A stretch of 64,000 nucleotides of DNA. It comes from a virus. Lineage: Duplodnaviria; Caudoviricetes. Made by a program: the position numbers and the translations under genes. Every line of letters begins with the position of its first letter. Position 1 is the first letter of the stretch. This document shows positions 49,910 through 58,790 of the stretch, one piece after another. Below the pieces are notes generated by a model. It was not told where the DNA came from and made no database searches. It was given only the letters and a program-made list of their open reading frames with translations. Location of the stretch: the IMG/VR virus record IMGVR_UViG_3300025280_000031, positions 2,003-66,002 of that record; one strand, given 5' to 3'.

Positions 49910-49969
49910 TAATTTTCTCCTGAATAAAATAACCTAATGTAAATAGTCTTTTCTTATTTCTTAATCCTT

Positions 49970-50080
49970 TTATTCTATAATTTTCAAAAAGAGTTTTATG
50001 TCTTCTTCGAGATGAACAACTCTCTTCTTAGAAAGCTCATCTTTGATGATCTGTTTTAGTTGGGATTTGGTTAGTTTCAT
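49970..50080 (-). CDS. 36-aa leader-family peptide MKLTKSQLKQIIKDELSKKRVVHLEEDIKLFLKIIE
   Basis: translated by hand; missing from the ORF track. Confidence 0.6.
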   Translation of the reverse strand: MKLTKSQLKQIIKDELSKKRVVHLEEDIKLFLKIIE

Positions 50081-50093
50081 TTTGTTATTCCTA

Positions 50094-51059
50094 TTAATAT
50101 TGCTGCGTCCAGTTAGTGATCATCTCTTTAGCTGCTTGCTTGGCATAATTATACAACATGCCTCCTCTGGGTGCTGAAATCGTTCTTTTCGTAGACATTT
50201 CTGCAGCTTTTTGTTCGATTGCATTAATCAGTGTCCCTTCATCGTAATCATGAAGCACTTCGCCTCTGGGGCCCTTGAAGTTGCCCTTAGGATCATATTT
50301 TTGTTGTTCTTCTTTTAACTCATAAACAATTGCTAGCGCATTCATTCCCACGGTAGTAGATGTGACACTATTTACCTGTTCCTTCCATTTCACCTTATCA
50401 AATTTCTTTATGGCTTCTCCTGACCAGAGGCCTGCGGAGATATTTGGAGTTCCTGAAGAATCTGTGCGAGGATCTGGCCATGCTGAGATGAACCCGCTGG
50501 TGGCAATATCAGGATGATAATAGCGCACTTCTCCTGGTTTTCTAGGGGGAGCTTGGCCGCTGCCTTGGCCACGTGGGCCATGGTACCAAATGATTGGATA
50601 TGGATCTCCGGGTTCTCGTTTTCCAAATCGTATCATTTGGTCGTCGGCGACTTGGGCCTTTTTTTCCCAGTCGGTCTTTGCGGGTGGTCGTCTAGTTTTA
50701 TGATCTTCGAGAGCGTTCAAATATTCTAAAGGGGTCTTAAAAGATGAAGTGCCATGGCGTTTCCACCCCTGATTCTTCGCGGTGCTGAGCAAATACTTTT
50801 CAAATTCTTCTGGTGACATGTGCTTTTTCATCCCCCCATAGCCTCGCGGTATACCTTCAGCATCTTCAAAATCGCGCATAGCCTGCTTTGCCGCTGCGTC
50901 CGTCTCGCGGAATTTTGCTGCGCGTGCCTGGGCGGCTCGGCGCTCTGGCGTATCCGGTGCGCCCTTCTCGTAGGCTTGGACAATGTCCGCGTAGTCTTCG
51001 AAAATATGTGTCACCCCTTCTTTAATAATTTGTTTAAGTTGTGATTTTGTAATTTTCAT
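50094..51059 (-). CDS. leader-family protein (MKITKSQLKQIIKEGV) with a GC-richer body
   Basis: shared N-terminal motif; start reassigned. Confidence 0.72.
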   Translation of the reverse strand: MKITKSQLKQIIKEGVTHIFEDYADIVQAYEKGAPDTPERRAAQARAAKFRETDAAAKQAMRDFEDAEGIPRGYGGMKKHMSPEEFEKYLLSTAKNQGWKRHGTSSFKTPLEYLNALEDHKTRRPPAKTDWEKKAQVADDQMIRFGKREPGDPYPIIWYHGPRGQGSGQAPPRKPGEVRYYHPDIATSGFISAWPDPRTDSSGTPNISAGLWSGEAIKKFDKVKWKEQVNSVTSTTVGMNALAIVYELKEEQQKYDPKGNFKGPRGEVLHDYDEGTLINAIEQKAAEMSTKRTISAPRGGMLYNYAKQAAKEMITNWTQQY

Positions 51060-51439
51060 TTGCTTGGTCTCCAGCCTTCTTGCCATCTTTCTTCTCTATC
51101 CTCAATGTACTGAACATAACAGCTATAACAAGATCCGAATTTGTTCATATAAACATCATCCTTGAGATCGAAAGAATAAATATCGCATGCTTCGCAAGTT
51201 CTATTGCTTTCTCTATTAAGTAGTTTTTTACTAATTAAAAATCCATCTTTCTCAACCTTTTCGGATTTCTCTTTTTTTCTATTTTGTTTCTCTGTAAACT
51301 CTTTGAGCTGAGAAAGATATTCTTTTTCTTTGGTCTCGTCCCAATTAGCTTTTGGATGTTGCACTGCTTCTTCGCCATATTTCTTTTGAATGGCTTGTTC
51401 AATTTTTGCAACAAAGTTTGGATCTTTTTCTTTTTTCAT
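51056..51439 (-). CDS. hypothetical Zn-binding protein
   Basis: CEAC...CYSC, C-terminal GWRP. Confidence 0.7.
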   Translation of the reverse strand: MKKEKDPNFVAKIEQAIQKKYGEEAVQHPKANWDETKEKEYLSQLKEFTEKQNRKKEKSEKVEKDGFLISKKLLNRESNRTCEACDIYSFDLKDDVYMNKFGSCYSCYVQYIEDREERWQEGWRPSK

Positions 51440-51465
51440 CTTTGCTCTATAGTATACAATATTGT

Positions 51466-54400
51466 TTACTCAGATGTTAATTTACTAACAAGATTTTTGA
51501 GATCCTCAATTTGATTCTGTTGTTCTTTAACCGTTGTGGATAATTCTTGAACCGCTTTGACAAGAGGCGCTATCATATTAGAATATTCTAAATGTTGTTT
51601 TGTTGTGTTTTTATCAACATAAACAAGATCATTGTTTGTGCTAAATCCAAACTCTTCCAATGCACTCCCCACGTCTTGTGCGAGGAAACCAACTCTTAGT
51701 TTGTTTTTTTCATCGTCTTCCATAATTCTAGGTGCGGAACCATCTTTACTCCAAGACAATTTCGCTTTCAGATCATCGTCATAATCAACAGGCTGTCTCT
51801 TTTCATATTGAACAGGCTGAAGTTTGTTAATGAAACCTAGCCCAAGAGATATATCTTCGATTTTTTCTTTTGTTCTCTTATCAGAAGTGTTAATAGTGCC
51901 ATCAGCATATAGAACTGCGTCGCCATCTGATGCAGCATACAATCTTGTTATACTTGCGTTTCCTATAGTAGCATAATTAGCTCCTTGACTAACAGTCCCA
52001 TAACCAATAGCTATCTGATTTGCTGTACCAGCAGCTGCCGACTCTGCATAGTTCCCAATAAGAGTGTTTTGTAACCCAGTGGTAAGAGCGGCACCGCCAA
52101 AGTTGCCACCTCCACAATTCGCCCCAATGAGTGTGTTGTTCCTGCCTGTGGTGACAGAAACGCCAGCCTCGGTTCCAACTGCAACGTTGCCAACAAAATT
52201 ACCTTCGTCGGAATCGCCGTCCCAGGATCCAACATTTTGAACATAAAGCGCGTGGTATCCAACAGCAGTAGTAGCACTGTCATTGGCTGAAGAGCCCATG
52301 GCGCTATCGCCGACTGCTACATTGTATGAACCCGTTACGAGTACATCTCCTGTTTGCCACCCAACAAGGATATTGTTGTCGCCAACTGTAAGATCGTTTC
52401 CAGCTTGTTCTCCAACTATCACATTATAGTTCCCGCCTGAAGCGATGTTTGCTCCCGCATTAAGACCGAACACTGTGTTCGAAGTACCGCTATCGTTACT
52501 AGAGAGCGAGATTCCAGTAGCCTTCAAAGTAGTAAATGTCGCTGCAGCAGCAGACTCTCCACCAATAACAGCACCATCGATCTCGCCGGCGTTTACATAG
52601 ACAGAAACAGGATCTGCATCTGTTCCGAGCTGATCGATGTAGCCGATGCCGTGGACATAAAGATCTTTCCATTGAAGGCCTGCTGCTCCTAAATCATAAG
52701 TAGCGTCAGTTTTTGGATCAATATCTTGAGCAATGCGTCCAGTGATCTTTACATCGACATCGGTCGCCATGCCAAGAGTTACGGCCCCGTCAAATTGGGC
52801 CGCGCCAACAACTTCCAAAGTTCCTTGCAGTTGTGTAAGGCCAGTTGCATGAAGCGAGCCAGTAACTGCAGCATCACCGGTCATATTCATTCCGTTAGAA
52901 GCAGTCAATTTGCCAGTGACAGTTGTTATATCAGATGTAGCATTTCCCAAGGTTACGTTAGCATCGAAGCTTGAAGCACCAACAACCTCTAGAGTTCCTT
53001 GCAATTGTGTAGGGCCAGTTGCATGAAGCGAGCCAGTAACTGCAGCATCACCGGTCATATTCATACCATTGGAGGCAGTCAATTTGCCAGTGACAGTTGT
53101 GACGTCAGTTGCAGCATTTCCCAAGGTTACGTTAGCATCGAAGCTTGAAGCACCAACAACCTCCAGAGTTCCTTGCAGTTGTGTAATGCCAGTTGCATGA
53201 AGCGAACCAGTAATTGCAGCATCACCGGTCATGTTCATGCCATTGGAGGCAGTCAATTTGCCAGTGACAGTTGTGACGTCAGTTGCAGCAACGCCTAAAG
53301 TCACGTTGTTGTCGAAAGTTGCATCTTGTTCAAAAGTAACAGCTGCTCCTGCAAAACGTAACTCGTCAGTGCCATTTTCGTCATATTCAATAGTAGCATC
53401 TTCTCCAGTTCCAAATAAAATTTTCCTATCATCGGGGATTAGCAATCCCTTTGAAGCGGTCAATTGGCTTGAAACAGTTGTAACATCATTATCAGCGGTG
53501 ATATGATTTGAAACCAAAAGACCTTGCGAAGCTGTAACATTCGTCGTAGCCTGAAAGTCTCCAGTTACTTTCAACCCATTACTAGAGACGAGGTGAGAAG
53601 TTGTTGAGCCTAAAGAGTCAGCCTCGAAGAGAAGCGTAGAGATCGGAGAATCCGATGAGCCACCAAAATGAATACCAGCACCATCTGTATTGGCTTCATT
53701 CGAACCAGAGGCAACAAGAATTATTTTGTCAGCAATATGCAATTCTGTTTCATGATTTGTGATAGTGTTCACAATACCCTGTACATCTAAATCGCCCTGA
53801 ACTGTAACTTTGCTACTAAATATAGCATCTCCGGTAACTGACAAGCCATTTGAACCTGTAAGTTTTCCAGTAACAGTTGTAACGTCGGTTACGGCGTCTC
53901 CCAAAGTAACATTGGCATCAAAAAGTGCATTACCAACTGAACGAAGTGTACCGTTTACATCAAGCATGTAAGAAGGAGATGTATCCCCGATACCAACCTT
54001 CTGGTCCTTCATCGTAATTGTTGTGCTGGTTGAACCATCGTTCATAACAAGATCGACTCTGGAGTTTCCTGCTCCATTTTGAATTTGGAAGTTGGAAGAG
54101 TTTGAAGCGTTGTTGTCTATTTCAAATATCAAGTCGCCAGAAGAACCTTCAATTTCCAAAATGCTGCTTGGAGTTGCTGTTCCGATGCCGATTCGGCTAT
54201 TACCACCATCAACAAAGAACATATTCGCATTATCATCTGATTCAACACGAAAATCGAAATCGCCGCCGGCTTCATTAGAAACGAAAGGGCCGTAATTAAT
54301 CAACGTATTGCTTCCAGAAACTGTAAGGCTACCTGTAATATTTATAGACCCAGAAAGAGAGCCAGAACTATAAGTCGTCTCCCCAGCAGAACTACTTACA

Positions 54401-54507
54401 ATAGTACCACTACCACTAATTGTTGTTGTGCCCTGAGAGCCGCTTACCGTAGTATTACTACCACTAATTGTTGTTGTGCCCTGCGAGCCACTAATAATAA
54501 TAGGCAT
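51466..54507 (-). CDS. long tail fibre with internal repeats and a C-terminal S74 chaperone
   Basis: DFRVESD, IGIGT..P, 58-aa repeats, TSDKRTKE...GFLAQDV...LVKAVQEL. Confidence 0.85.
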   Translation of the reverse strand: MPIIISGSQGTTTISGSNTTVSGSQGTTTISGSGTIVSSSAGETTYSSGSLSGSINITGSLTVSGSNTLINYGPFVSNEAGGDFDFRVESDDNANMFFVDGGNSRIGIGTATPSSILEIEGSSGDLIFEIDNNASNSSNFQIQNGAGNSRVDLVMNDGSTSTTITMKDQKVGIGDTSPSYMLDVNGTLRSVGNALFDANVTLGDAVTDVTTVTGKLTGSNGLSVTGDAIFSSKVTVQGDLDVQGIVNTITNHETELHIADKIILVASGSNEANTDGAGIHFGGSSDSPISTLLFEADSLGSTTSHLVSSNGLKVTGDFQATTNVTASQGLLVSNHITADNDVTTVSSQLTASKGLLIPDDRKILFGTGEDATIEYDENGTDELRFAGAAVTFEQDATFDNNVTLGVAATDVTTVTGKLTASNGMNMTGDAAITGSLHATGITQLQGTLEVVGASSFDANVTLGNAATDVTTVTGKLTASNGMNMTGDAAVTGSLHATGPTQLQGTLEVVGASSFDANVTLGNATSDITTVTGKLTASNGMNMTGDAAVTGSLHATGLTQLQGTLEVVGAAQFDGAVTLGMATDVDVKITGRIAQDIDPKTDATYDLGAAGLQWKDLYVHGIGYIDQLGTDADPVSVYVNAGEIDGAVIGGESAAAATFTTLKATGISLSSNDSGTSNTVFGLNAGANIASGGNYNVIVGEQAGNDLTVGDNNILVGWQTGDVLVTGSYNVAVGDSAMGSSANDSATTAVGYHALYVQNVGSWDGDSDEGNFVGNVAVGTEAGVSVTTGRNNTLIGANCGGGNFGGAALTTGLQNTLIGNYAESAAAGTANQIAIGYGTVSQGANYATIGNASITRLYAASDGDAVLYADGTINTSDKRTKEKIEDISLGLGFINKLQPVQYEKRQPVDYDDDLKAKLSWSKDGSAPRIMEDDEKNKLRVGFLAQDVGSALEEFGFSTNNDLVYVDKNTTKQHLEYSNMIAPLVKAVQELSTTVKEQQNQIEDLKNLVSKLTSE
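52800..53320. repeat. three near-identical 174-bp (58-aa) tandem repeats in the tail fibre
   Basis: ACCGGTCAT recurs at 174-bp spacing; TVTGKLTASNGMNMTGDAA.TGSLHATG.TQLQGTLEVVG x3. Confidence 0.85.
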
Positions 54508-55985
54508 TAATCTTTAATCTCCTGTAACATCATTTTATATTTCTTTCCTGTCGCGTTATTTACTACGCATAAATAGTCTTCTTCCTCAAGTATTGTCCAA
54601 TCGCCTCGATCATTTTTGAGGTGTAAGTCACCGGTGTATACGTTGGCCCAGCGATAAGTAGCGGAGCCTAAGTTATACGTGTCATCAGTGCCAGGTGTGA
54701 CGTTTCCAGTGATTGTAGCGCCGCTTGTGATGCTCATTCCGTTAGAAGCAGTGAGCTGGCCAGTGACAGTTGTGACGTCTGTTCCAGCAACGCCCAAAGT
54801 CACATTGTTGTCAAAGGTTGCATCTTGCTCAAAAGTAACAGCAGCGCCTGCAAATCTAAGTTCATTAGTTCCATTTTCGTCATATTCAATTGTTGCGTCA
54901 GCTCCAGTTCCAAACCTGATCGTTGTATCATCAGGAATTAACAAGCCATTAGACGCAGTTAAGTCTGAACTTATAGTAGTGGTGCCATTACTCGCTGTGA
55001 TGTGATCAGAAACGACCATTCCGTTGGAGGCAGTTAATTGGCTTGAAACAGTTGTAACACCATTACTCGCTGTGATGTGATCAGAAACGACCATTCCGTT
55101 GGAGGCAGTCAATTGGCTTGAAACAGTTGTTACGCCGTTATTGGCAGTAACATGATTTGTGATGACCGCTCCATTAGAAGCAGTTAACTGGCCAGTGACT
55201 GTTGTTACGTCAGTTGCAGCATTTCCTAAAGTTACAGCTGCGTCAAAAGTAACTGCTTGCTCAAATGTAGCGGCTGCTCCAGCAAAACGAAGTTCGTCAG
55301 TTCCATTTTCGTCATACTCAATAGTTGCGTCGCCTGCGCCAGTTCCAAACCTGATCGTTGTATCATCAGGAATTAACAAGCCATTAGACGCAGTTAAATC
55401 GGAACTTACAGTCGTGACACCATTATTTGCTGTAATATGATTTGAAATTAAAAGACCTTGCGAAGCTGTAATATTTGTTGTTGCCTGGAAATCTCCAGTT
55501 ACTTTTAGGCCAGTGCTAGAAACGAGATGATGGGATGTTGAACCCAGCGAATCGGCTTCAAAAAGGAAAGTGGCAATCGGTGTATCGCTTGAGCCACCGA
55601 AATTAATACCAGCACCATCGGTGTCAGCTTCGTTAGAACCGGAGGAAATAGTAATTGTTTTATCTTTAACGTAAAGTTCTGTTTCGTGATGAGTAATAGC
55701 GTTTATAGTTCCTGCAACCTCTAAATCTCCAGTGACCACAAGATGTCCTTGAACTTCGGCTCCGTTAGATGCGGTTAATTTACTCGAAACAGTTGTAATA
55801 TTATTGTTAGCAGTAATATGATCTGTGACGACCATTCCGTTGGATGCTGTAAGGTGGCCCGTAACAGTTGTTACATCAGTTGCTCCATCTCCTAAAGTTG
55901 TAGAGCCTGAAACGACGAGATGAGCGTCGATACCAACACGATCTCCTGCTTGTGGCGTTATTGTGTTCACATAAAGAGTGCTCAT
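54507..55985 (-). CDS. tail fibre-like repeat protein
   Basis: LTASNG repeats; C-terminal LGS...RWANVYTGDLHL...GDWTI. Confidence 0.75.
   Translation of the reverse strand: MSTLYVNTITPQAGDRVGIDAHLVVSGSTTLGDGATDVTTVTGHLTASNGMVVTDHITANNNITTVSSKLTASNGAEVQGHLVVTGDLEVAGTINAITHHETELYVKDKTITISSGSNEADTDGAGINFGGSSDTPIATFLFEADSLGSTSHHLVSSTGLKVTGDFQATTNITASQGLLISNHITANNGVTTVSSDLTASNGLLIPDDTTIRFGTGAGDATIEYDENGTDELRFAGAAATFEQAVTFDAAVTLGNAATDVTTVTGQLTASNGAVITNHVTANNGVTTVSSQLTASNGMVVSDHITASNGVTTVSSQLTASNGMVVSDHITASNGTTTISSDLTASNGLLIPDDTTIRFGTGADATIEYDENGTNELRFAGAAVTFEQDATFDNNVTLGVAGTDVTTVTGQLTASNGMSITSGATITGNVTPGTDDTYNLGSATYRWANVYTGDLHLKNDRGDWTILEEEDYLCVVNNATGKKYKMMLQEIKD
54985..55135. repeat. 75-bp (25-aa) tandem duplication
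   Basis: CCATTACTCGCTGTGATGTGATCAGAAACGACCATTCCGTTGGAGGCAGT occurs twice, 75 bp apart. Confidence 0.8.
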
Positions 55986-56019
55986 ATTTTATTCCTTCTT
56001 TGACCTAACATAAATAGAG

Positions 56020-56880
56020 CTAATTATACTTAATAGCACTAAAAACGTCAGAAATGTTTATGATTTTTGCTGCAGATCCATCACCAATATTAAAAGAATC
56101 TCCCTCTTTCACAGTTATCGGTCCGAAAAGAACCGCGTTATAATTATCTAAAATTGTAGTATTTAAAGAAGTGGAATTTCCTAGGCCACCATAAAGCCCG
56201 CCAACATCATTGACTGTTGTAATTTTTAATTCGGCGCCGTCGTCAATTTTTAAATCAAAGCCAGAGTTTACTGTCACTGGTCCATACAACACAGTGTCTA
56301 TATTATGATCTCTCACGACAGTGTCCGTCCTTATAGTGCTGTCGCTACGATCTATGATTCGAAGAGTTCCATCAATGTTAACAACGCTATCTCCACCAAG
56401 ACTAATATCTGATACCGGTTTTGAGACAGCGACATCGTCAATTGATTTGATAGTCAAAGACGCACCATCGCCAATTTTCAAATAAGAATCAGAATAGATT
56501 GTTACCGGATCATAAAAAATAGTATCATGGCTTGAAAGAATGGTATCTCTGTTTATGGTACTGTTATCTTTATCAACAATTCGGACGGCGCCATCAATAA
56601 CCACAAAACTGTCGCCTGCGACGCGGGCTGGTGGGATTTCTACAGGATTAGCATCATCAAGTTTTAAAACAATTAAATCGGCATTATTGCCGATTGTCAA
56701 CGAAGCACCATCATTAATTGTTACTGGCCCATAAAGAACAGTATTATAATTTTCTGGGATGACAGTCGCAGCGGTTATATCACTATCATTTCCAAGCGGA
56801 ATAGTTACTTCGCCTTCTTGAAATAGCTTCTCGGTTTTTTTAACTATGGCGCCAAAAGTAAGTACTCTACGGGGTGCCAT
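56020..56880 (-). CDS. beta-rich repeat protein, probably virion-associated
   Basis: four copies of (Y/F)(G/D)P(V/I)T(I/V).....(L/F).I...A. Confidence 0.65.
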   Translation of the reverse strand: MAPRRVLTFGAIVKKTEKLFQEGEVTIPLGNDSDITAATVIPENYNTVLYGPVTINDGASLTIGNNADLIVLKLDDANPVEIPPARVAGDSFVVIDGAVRIVDKDNSTINRDTILSSHDTIFYDPVTIYSDSYLKIGDGASLTIKSIDDVAVSKPVSDISLGGDSVVNIDGTLRIIDRSDSTIRTDTVVRDHNIDTVLYGPVTVNSGFDLKIDDGAELKITTVNDVGGLYGGLGNSTSLNTTILDNYNAVLFGPITVKEGDSFNIGDGSAAKIINISDVFSAIKYN

Positions 56881-56881
56881 T

Positions 56882-57046
56882 TTATTTCTTTTCCTTGCTA
56901 GCTATTCTTCTTTCTTCTTCCCAAAGTTTATCAATGACTTCCCATGTATGTTCCTCGCCAATCTTCTCATACATCTCATGAAGATTTTTCCAAGCTTCAT
57001 CTAAAGTTAATTTATTTTTATTGTATTCGACACAAATCAAACACAT
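56882..57046 (-). CDS. 54-aa hypothetical protein MCLICVEY...
   Basis: translated by hand; fills the gap exactly. Confidence 0.6.
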   Translation of the reverse strand: MCLICVEYNKNKLTLDEAWKNLHEMYEKIGEEHTWEVIDKLWEEERRIASKEKK

Positions 57047-57047
57047 C

Positions 57048-57509
57048 TTAATTGGTCTCCCTTATTTCTACTGCTGCATAAAAAATTGCAATGGATGTTA
57101 CGATGCCTGCTACAATTCCTCCAGCAAACCACCAATGAGAATTTTTATTTGGTCTCTCTAAAGCAAATTTTTGGAGTCTATTTACTTCTTCATCTTTAAT
57201 TTTTAGAATTGAATTGTATTTTTGTTGCAGAAAGTCGACTTCTACTTTTACTGTCGAAACCAAAAGATCGCACCTGATCTTTTCTTTTTGTTCTATATGG
57301 GCAGTTCTTAATCTGCATTGTTCAGCATTGTATTCTTTCTCGGCAATAGATTGAGCAACAGCAGATGAATTAAAAAGGACTCCAGGAAAAGGAGCCGTTT
57401 CGCCCTGATTCATTGGTTTAATTTTTGGCACTTCATCGGCAAAAACAAATGCTGGAAAAGTCATAAGCAATATTATTGCTATTATTTTATTCAACAATTT
57501 CAAAACCAA
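57048..57509 (-). CDS. membrane/secreted protein, possible spanin-like component
   Basis: signal peptide, coiled coil and C-terminal TM; in the lysis cluster. Confidence 0.5.
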   Translation of the reverse strand: MVLKLLNKIIAIILLMTFPAFVFADEVPKIKPMNQGETAPFPGVLFNSSAVAQSIAEKEYNAEQCRLRTAHIEQKEKIRCDLLVSTVKVEVDFLQQKYNSILKIKDEEVNRLQKFALERPNKNSHWWFAGGIVAGIVTSIAIFYAAVEIRETN

Positions 57510-57891
57510 AAGCCTCCTTTACTAAATGTGCCAATGCTTTCGGATTATCAGAATGTTTCTCAACAATTTCTTTAACTCTTTTCTTTTTATTCCTATCAAG
57601 AGCTTCATTGTTCTTTTTCAATTCTGTTTCAACTTTTTCAATTGTTTCATTGAAAACTTTATTTAGTTCTTCTTTCTTTTTGATCTCGGCCTCATGATTT
57701 TCATTGATAACTTCAATTTGTTTTTTATAGCTATCGCTTCTTATTTCTAAAACTCCAATGGCAGCAGCACTATCTTTTCTAAAGAAAACCCAAAGAACAA
57801 GAGTATACAATATAACTACTGGAAAATGCCAATAAGTTTTTAACCAAGTCCAACTCTTCTTGACAAGAAGTTTAAAAGCAATCCAATTCAT
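57487..57891 (-). CDS. N-terminal TM plus coiled-coil protein, possible inner-membrane spanin
   Basis: topology and position after the endolysin. Confidence 0.5.
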   Translation of the reverse strand: MNWIAFKLLVKKSWTWLKTYWHFPVVILYTLVLWVFFRKDSAAAIGVLEIRSDSYKKQIEVINENHEAEIKKKEELNKVFNETIEKVETELKKNNEALDRNKKKRVKEIVEKHSDNPKALAHLVKEAFGFEIVE

Positions 57892-58310
57892 TTGTAAAAT
57901 CTTCCTTCGCGATCATCTTTCATTCCTTTGCCGTACCATCGCACTTTCTTATTTCTTATATCATAATGCAAAAAGGTTTTATACAAGCCGACACCGCCTT
58001 GTTTCATCTTTCCTTCTTTGATAAGTTTTTCGACAACCTCTTTTACTTCTTGCGGGGTCATCCCTTTTATTTTTACATCAGCCGCAGAAGCAGTCAAATG
58101 TTGGCTTCGTCTTGCTCCGCCCACTTTACGATTGTATTTGGAACTTCTATAGCCGCTGATCACTCTAATTGATTTGTTCAAATGTTCTCTCAACACTTGA
58201 AGATTTTCAGCAAGTTCCTTTACATTGTCCATGTGTTCATCTGGAACATCGCTTCCATCTTTACAACGGAACTCGCTTAGTGCAAAGTTTTTTGTAAGTT
58301 TACTACTCAT
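57888..58310 (-). CDS. peptidase M15 family endolysin
   Basis: SGYRS..YN..VGGA..SQH....AAD, FLHYD; start reassigned to MSSKL. Confidence 0.85.
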   Translation of the reverse strand: MSSKLTKNFALSEFRCKDGSDVPDEHMDNVKELAENLQVLREHLNKSIRVISGYRSSKYNRKVGGARRSQHLTASAADVKIKGMTPQEVKEVVEKLIKEGKMKQGGVGLYKTFLHYDIRNKKVRWYGKGMKDDREGRFYK

Positions 58311-58515
58311 CGTCAGATTTCCTCTCGCCATGTTTCCATCTTGTTGCGATATCTGCTAATCCTTGAATACCAATGTAAGCCAACGAGACGGCAACCCACT
58401 CATCCGAACCCAATTTGTCCAAAGCCAAAAATGCTGTGGCTGTGGACCAAACCAAAAGTTTACGAGACGTCCACCTTTCCAAATGCTTGTCTACAAACGC
58501 TTTTATTCTAGCCAT
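58303..58515 (-). CDS. putative holin
   Basis: 70 aa, SRKL motif, two TM segments, directly upstream of the endolysin. Confidence 0.6.
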   Translation of the reverse strand: MARIKAFVDKHLERWTSRKLLVWSTATAFLALDKLGSDEWVAVSLAYIGIQGLADIATRWKHGERKSDDE

Positions 58516-58564
58516 AATTTCTCTCCTATAATAATATATTTAGTTTATTACAGGAGAAAAATGC

Positions 58565-58774
58565 TTAGTAGCGTTCTAAAAACAATTCATATTCTTCTAT
58601 TGTTTCGCTCAACTTGTCAAAAGCATATTCTATTTCATTGTATGAGGCGAATTCATCTTTATGTGTTTCTATAAGTTGGGATGCCAATTCAGCAATCCTT
58701 TGTAGTTTAGCATTCTTCTCTAAAAGCTCTTCTAGTGACGGCTCACTGATGTCAAGTTTCTCAGCTGTTTGCAT
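58565..58774 (-). CDS. hypothetical coiled-coil protein
   Basis: AGGAGG SD; start reassigned to MQTAE. Confidence 0.6.
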   Translation of the reverse strand: MQTAEKLDISEPSLEELLEKNAKLQRIAELASQLIETHKDEFASYNEIEYAFDKLSETIEEYELFLERY

Positions 58775-58790
58775 TATATATTTTTCCTCC

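Noticed and set aside
51451-51480. Possible promoter TTAACA-18-TATACT
   Set aside because: Mismatched -35 and non-optimal spacer in AT-rich DNA; too weak to call
52800-55400. Repeats as a CRISPR array or a diversity-generating retroelement TR/VR pair
   Set aside because: The repeats are in-frame coding duplications without spacers, differences are not adenine-specific, and no reverse transcriptase or cas gene is present
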